A stretch of 64,000 nucleotides of DNA from a virus. Lineage: Duplodnaviria; Caudoviricetes. Position numbers and translations under genes: made by a program. This document shows, in pieces, positions 38,864 through 47,077 of this stretch (position 1 is its first letter; every line of letters starts with the position of its first letter). The notes below the pieces were generated by a model, which was not told where the DNA came from, did no database searches, and worked only from the letters and a program-made list of their open reading frames with translations. The stretch lies in IMG/VR virus record IMGVR_UViG_3300043406_000131, positions 3,872 through 67,871 of that record, one strand, 5' to 3'.

Positions 38864-39073
38864 ATGGACACCTACCGCCTGCGCCAGATGAGCAACGAGT
38901 ACCGCGAAAACGCCATCGCTTCCGGGACGTGGGTCAAGACCGGCCGCAGCGAATACACGCGGGCGACTGGCGAAGTAGTCAGGAAGACTGGTTCGGGCTG
39001 GCTGGTCGTGGATCGCGGTCATGTGTTCGGCGGCCTGTCGTATGCGATGCGGGACGTTGATTCCAAGTATTGA
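38864..39073 (+). CDS. Hypothetical protein
   Basis: A/C-rich leader, clean ORF. Confidence 0.6.
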   Translation: MDTYRLRQMSNEYRENAIASGTWVKTGRSEYTRATGEVVRKTGSGWLVVDRGHVFGGLSYAMRDVDSKY

Positions 39074-39122
39074 GAATGGCCCGGTGCCGGCCCGGTGCCG
39101 GTGCTTCCCACGGAGGCTGACG

Positions 39123-39311
39123 ATGCCGACAATGCGCGAAATGGTTGATATTGCCGACCGCCTGTATGGCGAGTCCGGCACGGACAGTGAGAAGCTGTTC
39201 ATCCTGCTGGTGGACGTCGGGCTGGCCTACAAAGCGGCTCTCGTCGCCGAAGGCGTTCACGATCCGAACGGCACGATTCTCAGCGGCATTGGCGATCACC
39301 TGACCATGTAG
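39123..39311 (+). CDS. Hypothetical protein
   Basis: GGAGG RBS upstream. Confidence 0.55.
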   Translation: MPTMREMVDIADRLYGESGTDSEKLFILLVDVGLAYKAALVAEGVHDPNGTILSGIGDHLTM

Positions 39312-39340
39312 TGATGGCAGAGGGGGATGGATGGCGGGAA

Positions 39341-39408
39341 ACTATTTCCGGGATTCCGGAATAAATCCCTCCCCTCCCCTTGCAATTAATCCCGATCAGG
39401 ACTAATAT
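39341..39408 (+). promoter_or_regulatory. Promoter/operator cassette, copy 3
   Basis: ACTATTTCCGGGATTCCGG; TTGCAA-17bp-TAATAT; operator TCCCGATCAGGA in inverted orientation. Confidence 0.8.
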
Positions 39409-39458
39409 ACCCTCACGAGACAAGCGATCCAACCGAACGCCGAACCGGAGAACTGACC

Positions 39459-39602
39459 ATGACCATCTTCACGACGATCATCGCCATCACCATCTTTGTC
39501 GCCGTCCTCAAGGTGATCGAGGTTCTTCAGACCGAGAAGACCGACATCGCCGAGCGTCGCCGGGTGGTCGCCGAAGAAAGCCGGGCTCGCCGGAACGGCT
39601 GA
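39459..39602 (+). CDS. 47-aa membrane peptide
   Basis: MTIFTTIIAITIFVAVLKVIEV...; GGAG RBS. Confidence 0.55.
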   Translation: MTIFTTIIAITIFVAVLKVIEVLQTEKTDIAERRRVVAEESRARRNG

Positions 39603-39677
39603 TCGCCATCTGATGGCCCGGACCGACAGCCGCAACTGACCCCAACCCCGCCCTTGGAACCCTTGGAGACCTGACCC

Positions 39678-39809
39678 ATGAAACTCTGGTGCATCCTTCT
39701 GAGTTGTGTCGCCATCGCGGTCCCGGGCTGGCTCGGGCTGACTCTTGCGGCCACGGGTCTGTTCGGGGTGCTGGCGCTAATCGCGGTGGATATCGCGACG
39801 GGCGAGTGA
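39678..39809 (+). CDS. 43-aa hydrophobic membrane peptide
   Basis: MKLWCILLSCVAIAVPGWLGLTLAATGLFGVLALIAVDIATGE; GGAG RBS. Confidence 0.5.
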   Translation: MKLWCILLSCVAIAVPGWLGLTLAATGLFGVLALIAVDIATGE

Positions 39810-39862
39810 GCGGGGCAACTGACATCGCGGAACTGAACGACCGAAACCAAACTGGAGCGATC

Positions 39863-40150
39863 ATGTCCGACAAAGAACTTCCGAAGGGGCTCATGGAATT
39901 CGGCAGCACGCTGGTCAATCCAGAGTTCTCCGGCGAGTTGATGAAGCGGTTGCTGGATCTGCCGGAGAACTCTTTCGCTCCCATCGTGGCGAAGCACGCT
40001 GAGGCGCTGCAAGAAGTTCTTTCCGCCGAAGTGGCGCTAAGGAATGCGAGACGGAAGGCGGCGAAGATCGCTCAGGACGCCTTCCGTTCGGCTCTCGAGA
40101 ATTGGACAGTTGCGGAGATTCAGAAGGCCACTGGCTACGACGACGAGTGA
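39863..40150 (+). CDS. Hypothetical helical protein
   Basis: GGAG RBS. Confidence 0.6.
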   Translation: MSDKELPKGLMEFGSTLVNPEFSGELMKRLLDLPENSFAPIVAKHAEALQEVLSAEVALRNARRKAAKIAQDAFRSALENWTVAEIQKATGYDDE

Positions 40151-40260
40151 CGATAAGCCCGGTTGGTCCAACGGATGACAGAAGGCAAGACGGCGGGTGC
40201 GGTCGGGATCGGCAAGCAGCATGCGGCCCAACGATTCCGGCCGAGTAACACCCGCACACC

Positions 40261-40334
40261 CGCACCCGTCAATCCTCTTCAAGGACGCCGGCAACTGAGC
40301 CGGAGATGGGCGGTTCGACTCCCCCGCCGGGCAT
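40261..40334 (+). ncRNA. Degenerate tRNA-like cloverleaf
   Basis: D-like TCCT/AGGA arm, CCGGC-AACTGA-GCCGG arm with 6-nt loop, GGTTCGACTCC T loop; imperfect acceptor. Confidence 0.35.
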
Positions 40335-40622
40335 GACAGAGTTAATCAAGGTGAGCCATACTGGACCGACCCGCCCCCAACCCCCCTCCCCCGGTCTCGC
40401 CCGCTGGCAGGCGAAGATCCGCGGCGCCATCGCCAAAGCGGAGGGCGGCTGAAGGGGAGGGGCGTAGCCTACGTACCAACAGCTTGCCTCAACCCGCACT
40501 CCCCGACAATTACCGACACCTGCGCCGCCGCTCACCGTCCCCACGATTCCCCGTGATTCCTGCGCGTTTCCCCCGTATTCTTCCGGCATTCCCGCCGCTC
40601 CAAATTGCTTTTGTCACATGGA

Positions 40623-40664
40623 TGACACGCTAGGGGTCACAGGTTCAAATCCTGTAGCGCCCAC
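40623..40664 (+). mobile_element. att core (attP-like): 3' half of tRNA-Val(GAC)
   Basis: TGACAC-GCTAG-GGGTC-ACAGGTTCAAATCCTGT-AGCGCCCA; 5' half absent; about 260 bp upstream of integrase. Confidence 0.85.
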
Positions 40665-40665
40665 T

Positions 40666-40700
40666 GAAACCCTCGGAGAAATCCGGGGGTTTCGTCATTT
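40666..40700 (+). terminator. Hairpin terminator after tRNA fragment
   Basis: GAAACCCTCGGA-GAAA-TCCGGGGGTTTC. Confidence 0.7.
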
Positions 40701-40923
40701 CTGCGGGGAGAGAAAACGTGGGCAGGGCGTAGGCTACGCCCCTCATAGCTTCGGCCGGGTCGCAACTGACCTAAAGCGCCGATCAATTCGCGGTACCATT
40801 TCCCTGTCTCTCGCGATCGCGTTTCGCTGCTGACCGTGCTGACCGACAGAATCTGACCGGCTTTCCGGCTTCCCACCAACTGCCCGCGCGACTCCCCACG
40901 GTTCGCGCGGCGGGAGTGCGTCC

Positions 40924-42348
40924 GTGCCGTTCCCCGCCACCTACATCACCGCCCTCGGTGTCCGCCGGCCCCTCCCCGAATGGGTGCGGCTGACCAGGAT
41001 CCCGGCCGGCACGATCCGCTCACGGCTCGCAGCAGGGTGGGAAGCCGATCGGGCTGTCTCGACGCCGAGCGATCCGCGGTTCCGTGGGATGGGGCGGACT
41101 CCGGAGTGTGCGCCGCGACCGTGCCCGCGGTTGAAGCGGCACACGAGCGGGCAGGCTCACGTGGTTTGGAAGGATCAGGGGAAGCGGCACTTCAGATACT
41201 TCGGGCGGTGGGGATCGGCGGAAGCCGGCAAGGCATACGCCCGGTTTCAACTCGCATGGGCATCCCACGCGGTCCGGGAGATTACCGCGGTCCGGCCTGG
41301 CGTGGGCGGCCCGAGCATCGTCAGGCTCGTCAGCGATTGGAACGACCGGTGCAAGGTCGAGTATCGCAAGGACGGTCGCCCCACCGGTGAACACCTCATC
41401 CATCGGGCGGCGTGTCGGTTCGTGGTTGATCTGACCAAGTCGGTATTCCCGGGGCTTCTTGCTGCCGAGTTCGGCCCGGTCCACCTGCGTGAGGCGCGAG
41501 AGCAGATGATCGCGGCGGGGCTGTCGCGGACGACGATCCGGGCTTACCAGAGTCGGGTTGTGCAGATGTTCGGCTGGGCGGTCGGTGAGGATCTGATTCC
41601 GGCTGAGGTGTACCAACGGTTGCAGCGGGTTGGCCATCTGCGACCGCACGCCACGGAGGCGAAGGAGAAGGTGGCGAAGGTGGCAGCGAAGTGGCGAGAA
41701 GTCGAGAAGGTCATTCGGCACCTGCACGCTGATCCATCGCGGCGGGCTGTCATCGAGGCGATCGTCCGGACGCACTGGTACATCGGTGGGCGCCCGTCGG
41801 AGTTGGTGGCGATGCGGCCGGAGGATCTGGACCGCTCGGAAGAGGTGTGGACCTACTCGCCGGCCAGTCACAAGAACCAGCACCGGGAAAAACCGCTGAC
41901 GTATTGGATCGGTCCGAAGTGCCAGGCGTTGCTGCTGCCGTTGCTGGAGCGGTGCGGGCCGGGGGAGTTGGTGTTCCGGTATCCGCCGCGGGTCTACGCG
42001 AAGAAGGGCGGCGGAGGGACGGCGGATCACCATGAGCCCCGCGCCACGATCCCCATCACCGAAGCGACCGCGACCGCTCCGCACCCCCAGCGTGGGAAGT
42101 CCCGGCCGATCTCCAGACGGGAGTACGGACGGCGCGTGAAAAAAGCGTGTGAGGCGGCCGGCGTGAAACCGTGGACTCCCCACCAACTGCGGCACGCTCG
42201 CGCGACGGAGGTGCGCCGGATCTACGAGAGCAACGCGGCGGCAGCGGCGGCGATCGGGGACAGCGAGGAAGTGACCCGGGCGATTTACACGGCGGGGTCC
42301 GGGGTGCCGAATGAGGTCGCGCGGCGGATCGCGAGAGAGACCGGCTGA
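40924..42348 (+). CDS. int: Tyrosine integrase
   Basis: GGRPSEL (Arg), TPHQLRH, IGDS...AIY (Tyr); arm domain SGQAHVVW...YFGRWGS. Confidence 0.93.
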   Translation: MPFPATYITALGVRRPLPEWVRLTRIPAGTIRSRLAAGWEADRAVSTPSDPRFRGMGRTPECAPRPCPRLKRHTSGQAHVVWKDQGKRHFRYFGRWGSAEAGKAYARFQLAWASHAVREITAVRPGVGGPSIVRLVSDWNDRCKVEYRKDGRPTGEHLIHRAACRFVVDLTKSVFPGLLAAEFGPVHLREAREQMIAAGLSRTTIRAYQSRVVQMFGWAVGEDLIPAEVYQRLQRVGHLRPHATEAKEKVAKVAAKWREVEKVIRHLHADPSRRAVIEAIVRTHWYIGGRPSELVAMRPEDLDRSEEVWTYSPASHKNQHREKPLTYWIGPKCQALLLPLLERCGPGELVFRYPPRVYAKKGGGGTADHHEPRATIPITEATATAPHPQRGKSRPISRREYGRRVKKACEAAGVKPWTPHQLRHARATEVRRIYESNAAAAAAIGDSEEVTRAIYTAGSGVPNEVARRIARETG

Positions 42349-42553
42349 CCCAGGCCGAACCGCGCATTACTACCCACGGGCTTCCGGTCGCGCGGTCTTT
42401 TTCCCACATTCCGGGAATTCCAGCCATAGAGCGCTGCCGATCCGATTCTAGTGGTTATGTGTACAGTATGAAGAGAATCGGGCTGGGTGGCGGCCGGGAA
42501 CCGGTGGGGCCGGATCTCGGGTTCGGGTCTGGATAGACCGTGCCACGTCGGCT

Positions 42554-43087
42554 GTGTCGCTTCTGGAAAATCAGGGCGGAAAGGGAAAAAGGTGCGTCAT
42601 GGGAGGAGCAAAAGGACAAGTACACATGGAGGGCAGCGAGAACGTCAAGGGGCTGGCGATCGTGGACCGGAATCGGGTCCGGGTGCTGATGTCGTTTCCA
42701 GTCGTGGCGTCGCAGGCTGAATCACCACCCGACTTGGCCGCCGCTGCCGGTTGCGCCAGCACTCCGCCGGACAAGCCCGACCCGGACCGGGCCGAGCACG
42801 CCGACGACTTCAGTTGGGTGAACTGGTACGGCCGGGTCTACACGTTCCGAGATGAGCGGCAGCAGCAGGCGATCGGCGTGCTGTGGAGTGCGTGGAAGGA
42901 CGACGGCTGGGCGTTCGAGCAGGCGATCCTTGACATCGTCGGGACTGACGCGTCGCGACTCTACGATCTGTTCCGCACGTCCCAGGCGTGGGGGACGATG
43001 ATCAAGTCGGCCGTGCCCGGTGGTGGACCCGCGGGGGCGTTCCTGTTGAAGGCGCCGGCGTGGGCGAAAGACAAATCGGCGGCGTGA
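42554..43087 (+). CDS. Hypothetical protein, possible winged-helix C-terminal domain (start uncertain)
   Basis: WVNWYGRVYTF...QAIGVLWSAW...RLYDLF...AWGTMI. Confidence 0.6.
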   Translation: MSLLENQGGKGKRCVMGGAKGQVHMEGSENVKGLAIVDRNRVRVLMSFPVVASQAESPPDLAAAAGCASTPPDKPDPDRAEHADDFSWVNWYGRVYTFRDERQQQAIGVLWSAWKDDGWAFEQAILDIVGTDASRLYDLFRTSQAWGTMIKSAVPGGGPAGAFLLKAPAWAKDKSAA

Positions 43088-43131
43088 GCCAGCAGAATCC
43101 GAGCGGACCGGTCCCGGAGCAGCGGGGCCGG

Positions 43132-43575
43132 TCACGGATCAGGTTTGACAAAGACAGTCTTCCCGTTTTTGTCGGTGAGCATCAGCCACGGAGATCCTTC
43201 CCGCATCAGCAGAGTTGCGGACGCCTTGTCCTTCTTCACCATCACGGCACCCGGCCCGAAGCTCGTCTCTCCACGGTCAGACTTCGTCGTGAACAAGGTG
43301 CCGGTCTCCCGCACGATGAACTGACCTTGGTCTTTCCCCTTCGCATCCTCGAAGTTGATCCCGCCAGTCACGACGAGCGTTTCCACTTCGACGGTCTCAG
43401 CCCGAATGATCTTCTCTTTCTTCGGTGCGTCCTTGGCTTGAGCCCCGAGATCCGCGGTCGGCGAGAACACCCAGCCCGATGCGGTCGCGGCCAAGCTGAT
43501 CGCGACAAGTGCGACCAGTCGGCGGTTGCTCCGCTCAAGACGGCGGATTCTGTCGGTGTCGGTCGTGTCGGTCAT
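43132..43575 (-). CDS. Membrane-anchored exported protein
   Basis: RIRRLERSNRRL coiled coil, TM, beta-strand repeats. Confidence 0.75.
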   Translation of the reverse strand: MTDTTDTDRIRRLERSNRRLVALVAISLAATASGWVFSPTADLGAQAKDAPKKEKIIRAETVEVETLVVTGGINFEDAKGKDQGQFIVRETGTLFTTKSDRGETSFGPGAVMVKKDKASATLLMREGSPWLMLTDKNGKTVFVKPDP

Positions 43576-43609
43576 GGTGAAACTCCAGAAGTGAAATCGT
43601 CAGCCCATC

Positions 43610-43834
43610 TCAGGAAGGCGGATCGCTCGCCTTTCTCGCCATCTCTGCCTGCGCCGCCAGGTACTCCACAAGCGCCTCGATCGCGAACGCCTTGAACGTC
43701 ATGTAGCGCGACCGACAGAACGGCAGCGATTTCTCGACCAGTTCCGTCGGGAACCGGACCGGAGTGAACTTCGGCTTGTCGGCGTCCGTGGCATCGCTTG
43801 CGGCAGTCCGGGCCGGCTTCTTTTTGTTGGCCAT
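43610..43834 (-). CDS. Ribbon-helix-helix (Arc/CopG-like) regulator
   Basis: FTPVRFPTELVEK...TFKAFAIEALVEYL. Confidence 0.7.
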   Translation of the reverse strand: MANKKKPARTAASDATDADKPKFTPVRFPTELVEKSLPFCRSRYMTFKAFAIEALVEYLAAQAEMARKASDPPS

Positions 43835-43907
43835 GAAGCGATTGTGAGCGAGCACCTTCGTTACCTCAAGGGAGTTCTGGGGAATTTGCCCTAACTCCTT
43901 ATTCGGA

Positions 43908-43976
43908 GGTACCCGGGAAAATATTTACAAAACCTGACTTGCCATTTCAGGTACCTGAAGTTACTTTATGGGTACC
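43908..43976. promoter_or_regulatory. Divergent promoter with three GGTACC-centred sites
   Basis: GGTACC at 43908, 43950, 43971; TTGCCA-17bp-TACTTT; perfect TTCAGGTACCTGAA in the spacer. Confidence 0.7.
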
Positions 43977-43991
43977 TTGAGGATTACGCGG

Positions 43992-44294
43992 ATGGCGAGC
44001 AGGATGTCGAATCGGAAGCCGGTTGCCGCGAAGGGGGCTGGCGCAGGTAGCCGGGCAGCAGCCAGTAAGGACCGGTCGCTCTCCGCCACGGGCGCGGCCG
44101 AATTGCTCGGCGTCTGCCGGAAAACCATCTGGCACTGGATCACTCGTGGGTACGGGGTCCGGATCGACGGCAGCAAGCCGGGCCGGATCTTCCTTGCGGC
44201 CGAATGTGTCGGCCACGACTGGCGAATTGAACCGGCCGCGATCAAGCGGTTCCAACGGGAACTGAAGGCGGCGCGAATGAGGACCGTCCCGTGA
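43992..44294 (+). CDS. MerR/excisionase-like HTH protein
   Basis: LSATGAAELLGVCRKTIWHWI...WRIEPAAIKRF. Confidence 0.8.
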   Translation: MASRMSNRKPVAAKGAGAGSRAAASKDRSLSATGAAELLGVCRKTIWHWITRGYGVRIDGSKPGRIFLAAECVGHDWRIEPAAIKRFQRELKAARMRTVP

Positions 44295-44536
44295 AACGTC
44301 CCGGCTCGCTCACCATCGACGAACTCTCAACCTCGTGGCTGATGACCCGCCGCCGAGTCAGCCGTGAACAGGTCGGCGACTTCATCGAGCGTGGCCAACG
44401 GGCGGAAGACCGGTGCCGGGCGTTGGAGCGGCGGGAGCGGATTCTGACCCGGATCAATCAGGTGCTGACGGTGACCGTTGCGGCGCTGATGTTCGTGATG
44501 ATCGCGTTGGTGACGCGGTTCCAGCAGCAGCAGTAA
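44291..44536 (+). CDS. Coiled-coil protein with C-terminal TM
   Basis: GTGA overlap. Confidence 0.6.
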   Translation: MKRPGSLTIDELSTSWLMTRRRVSREQVGDFIERGQRAEDRCRALERRERILTRINQVLTVTVAALMFVMIALVTRFQQQQ

Positions 44537-44631
44537 CGGTACGGCGACACGACAGAGACAACGGAAGAACTCGCGAACTCGCAGTGATCAAAACTCTCGC
44601 AACTGAATTCGCAACATGGAGGAGCGGAGCG

Positions 44632-44858
44632 ATGCTGGCAGACGACCATGCCGCGGCGAAGCACTACGCCGAAATTATCGAAATCTTGGATCGAGCCGAC
44701 CGGGAATTGATGCCCGAGGACTACGCCAGTCTCCTCAACGAAGTTGAGACGGAAGCGGAGAGCCGGTTCGATGACATGGATGTTGACGACGACGACGATT
44801 CGACGCCAGCAGTGACACCTACGACTCCGACCTTGACGACTTCGCGGATGAGGACTGA
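44632..44858 (+). pseudogene. Small acidic protein with apparent 1-nt frameshift near 44798
   Basis: MLADDHAAAKHY...DDDD continues as FDASSDTYDSDLDDFADED* in another frame, stopping 3 nt before the next gene. Confidence 0.5.
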
Positions 44859-44861
44859 GTC

Positions 44862-45290
44862 GTGCCGACCGCTGCTGAGACATCAACGACGACCGCGGCT
44901 GAAACCGCAGTCACCGAATTGACGCTCGACCAGTGCGGCGAACGCTGCGGCAACGTTAGCGCCACCCGCATCAAGAGTTGGATTGTCAACGGGCTCAGCA
45001 CGAGACTCGGCAGGCTGAAACTGAAGGCACGCAACTACGGGCGTGGAGTTGGCTGGCGGGTTAGTGTCGCCAACCTCAACGCGTTCGTTGAATCGCTGAG
45101 CCGGTCGAAGCTGCCGCGGGATCACGATCCGCTGACGGTGGTCGATCCTGGTGACGAGCGGTTTGAGACGTCGAGAGAGCGACAGGAACAGAAACGGGAA
45201 GACGCGGAACTGATCGCGAAGATGCAGCGGTCCGGGGAGATGAGTCCGGACCACAAACTACCGACACGGAGGTTGACAGGAACCCGATGA
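44862..45290 (+). CDS. Excisionase-like HTH protein
   Basis: LTLDQCGERCGNVSATRIKSWIVNG...WRVSVANLNAF. Confidence 0.7.
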   Translation: MPTAAETSTTTAAETAVTELTLDQCGERCGNVSATRIKSWIVNGLSTRLGRLKLKARNYGRGVGWRVSVANLNAFVESLSRSKLPRDHDPLTVVDPGDERFETSRERQEQKREDAELIAKMQRSGEMSPDHKLPTRRLTGTR

Positions 45291-45649
45291 ACTTGAACTT
45301 GTCCGATCTTGGGGCTGATACGACCGCCGACGACCCCATTCACTTGTCGATCAACCGGCGGGGCTCGGTGCTCAACGGGTACGGGTCGCACGGGGCCTTG
45401 CGGATGGATGCCGTGCCGCTGGCCTCACCGTCCGCTGTCCTGCCCCTGCCAGAGATCACGACCCCGCTGAGCGTAGGCGATTGGGTGGAGATCCTGACCG
45501 GCTCTCACCGCGGATGTGCTGGTGTCGTCCAGTCGGTCGAGATCGGGATCGATGGCGAGCAGTCGTGGGTGATGGTGCGGTTGCAGGGCGGGCCGAAGGT
45601 TGAGGTGCCGCGGGCGGACGTGGCGTTGATCGCGACGGATCGAAACTAA
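45287..45649 (+). CDS. KOW-motif protein (NusG C-terminal-like)
   Basis: LSVGDWVEILTGSHRGCAGVVQSV. Confidence 0.65.
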   Translation: MNLNLSDLGADTTADDPIHLSINRRGSVLNGYGSHGALRMDAVPLASPSAVLPLPEITTPLSVGDWVEILTGSHRGCAGVVQSVEIGIDGEQSWVMVRLQGGPKVEVPRADVALIATDRN

Positions 45650-45664
45650 CAAGAGGCCGCCCCG

Positions 45665-46057
45665 ATGCCGTTTTACGAGTGGTCAACCGGAGACGAACGA
45701 CGTGACGACCTGCGGCGCGTCTCCACCGATATCCGCGAGTTGGCACGGTACGACGTCGGATCGACGGTGATCGTCGGCAGGGGTCCGAACGGCCAGCAGT
45801 GGAAGGTGACCGGGTTCAGGATCGAGACGGACGGGGAGAGTGAGACTGACCCGACGTTCAAGTATCTGATCCGGTGTGTGCTCCCCACGACAGGGCAGAG
45901 GATGGATTCGGCGGTGGAGGAAGCGGAGATTTGGGGACTGCACAAAGAGGTTGAGGGTAAGCCGAAGCCGGGGAAGCGGAAGAAGAAGGTTGAGACGGCA
46001 CCGGTTGAGCCTACCACGCAACCGCCGCCGTTCATTGATCCTGTTTCCTTCGTGTGA
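45665..46057 (+). CDS. Hypothetical protein (SH3-like)
   Basis: YDVGSTVIV...WKVTGFRI. Confidence 0.6.
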   Translation: MPFYEWSTGDERRDDLRRVSTDIRELARYDVGSTVIVGRGPNGQQWKVTGFRIETDGESETDPTFKYLIRCVLPTTGQRMDSAVEEAEIWGLHKEVEGKPKPGKRKKKVETAPVEPTTQPPPFIDPVSFV

Positions 46058-46169
46058 GATCACAGCCGTCCGGGACGGCGGTTGTGAACGGTGGCACCGA
46101 TACCGGGCTCGTGGGAGAGGCGAGCGAACGAGGTTGCAGGCACACACGGGCTTGCAACTGCGGTGCAAC

Positions 46170-46241
46170 TGGAGGGTCAGGCGGGTGCCTGCACCGGGCT
46201 CATAACCCGGTTGTGGTCGGGTTCGAGCCCCACCCCTCCGA
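46170..46241 (+). tRNA. tRNA-Met(CAT)-like, degenerate D and T arms
   Basis: CCGGG-CTCATAA-CCCGG anticodon arm; GGTTCGAGCC T loop; GGAGG/CCTCC acceptor; no CCA. Confidence 0.6.
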
Positions 46242-46243
46242 TT

Positions 46244-46310
46244 GGTCCGGGAGTGCCCAAGGCATTCAAGCCGTGCATGGCACGTTGGGAATAACTACCC
46301 CACCCGGACC
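46244..46310 (+). ncRNA. Highly degenerate cloverleaf
   Basis: Perfect 8-bp closing stem GGTCCGGG/CCCGGACC with three internal hairpins. Confidence 0.45.
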
Positions 46311-46315
46311 TCCTT

Positions 46316-46387
46316 GGGGCGGAAGCACAATTGGACGTGCGACCGGCGACGGCCGGAAGGTTGAGAGTTCGAATCTCTCACGCTCCA
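46316..46387 (+). ncRNA. tRNA-like RNA with collapsed anticodon loop
   Basis: D arm GCAC-AATTGGAC-GTGC, T arm GAGAG-TTCGAAT-CTCTC, central arm CCGGC-GACG-GCCGG. Confidence 0.7.
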
Positions 46388-46388
46388 T

Positions 46389-46472
46389 TCTCTCGGGTGT
46401 CCACGGTTGGACACGTTGGTTTCGTAGACGCGGAGTCATCGGGTGCGCGGGTGCGATGCCCCGCCGAGAGAG
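46389..46472 (+). ncRNA. tRNA-like cloverleaf with aberrant loops
   Basis: Acceptor TCTCTCG/CGAGAGA; GTGTCCA/TGGACAC arm; 6-nt loop TAGACG; GCGGG-TGCGATGC-CCCGC arm. Confidence 0.55.
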
Positions 46473-46498
46473 TTTTCTTCAAGGGCAGGAGGTTGGTG

Positions 46499-47026
46499 AT
46501 GAAGCGGATGAATCTGGGTCTGAAGTCTCTGACGTTCGGTGTGCTGGCGATCGTGGCGCTGATGCTCGTGCCGTCCACGTCTCAGGCGTGCTGGCTGTTC
46601 GGCGGGTGCGGGAAGGGCGGCCACGGTGGCGGTGGGTGCGGGTTCGGTCTGTTCAGTCGCGGCCACTGCGCCCCGGCCTGCAACGCCGGCGCCTGTCACT
46701 CGGGCTCGTGCGGCGTTCGATCAGGCTACGCCGCCCCTGCCGTGGGATGCCCCGGAGGTGTGTGTCCCGCGATTCCGCCCGGCAAGGTCCAGCGGATCGA
46801 GACGCTACCGCCGCCGCTCGCGAGTACCGTGGGAAGCCCCGTGGTGACCTACTGGATCGAAACCCGCGGGCCGGACGGCCGGGTGTATCTCCAGCAGATT
46901 CCGCCGCCGACGCCATCGAGCGTGACGACCGGCGGGAGTGGCGGAGTGGCGTCGAGTCCCGAGATCCTGCCGGCACCGATGCCGGCAACCATCCCGACGG
47001 GAGGTGAGCGCCAGACGCGACGCTAA
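46499..47026 (+). CDS. Exported Cys/Gly-rich protein
   Basis: Signal peptide ending SQA, GGCGKGG/GGCG repeats, Pro-rich tail. Confidence 0.75.
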   Translation: MKRMNLGLKSLTFGVLAIVALMLVPSTSQACWLFGGCGKGGHGGGGCGFGLFSRGHCAPACNAGACHSGSCGVRSGYAAPAVGCPGGVCPAIPPGKVQRIETLPPPLASTVGSPVVTYWIETRGPDGRVYLQQIPPPTPSSVTTGGSGGVASSPEILPAPMPATIPTGGERQTRR

Positions 47027-47077
47027 GTGACGACCCGTCGCGGGTGCAAGTGAAGATTCTCGGTTGGAGTTATGGGG

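Noticed and set aside
37488-39408. CRISPR array interpretation of the triple repeat
   Set aside because: Spacing is about 900 bp with genes between copies, and no cas genes; no CRISPR array seen anywhere in the window
40623-40664. Functional tRNA-Val gene
   Set aside because: 5' half (acceptor, D arm, 5' anticodon stem) is absent; interpreted as the att core
42400-42480. Fourth copy of the promoter cassette
   Set aside because: Only partial similarity (TTCCGGGAATTCC, TATGAAGAGA); palindromic operator and -35 missing
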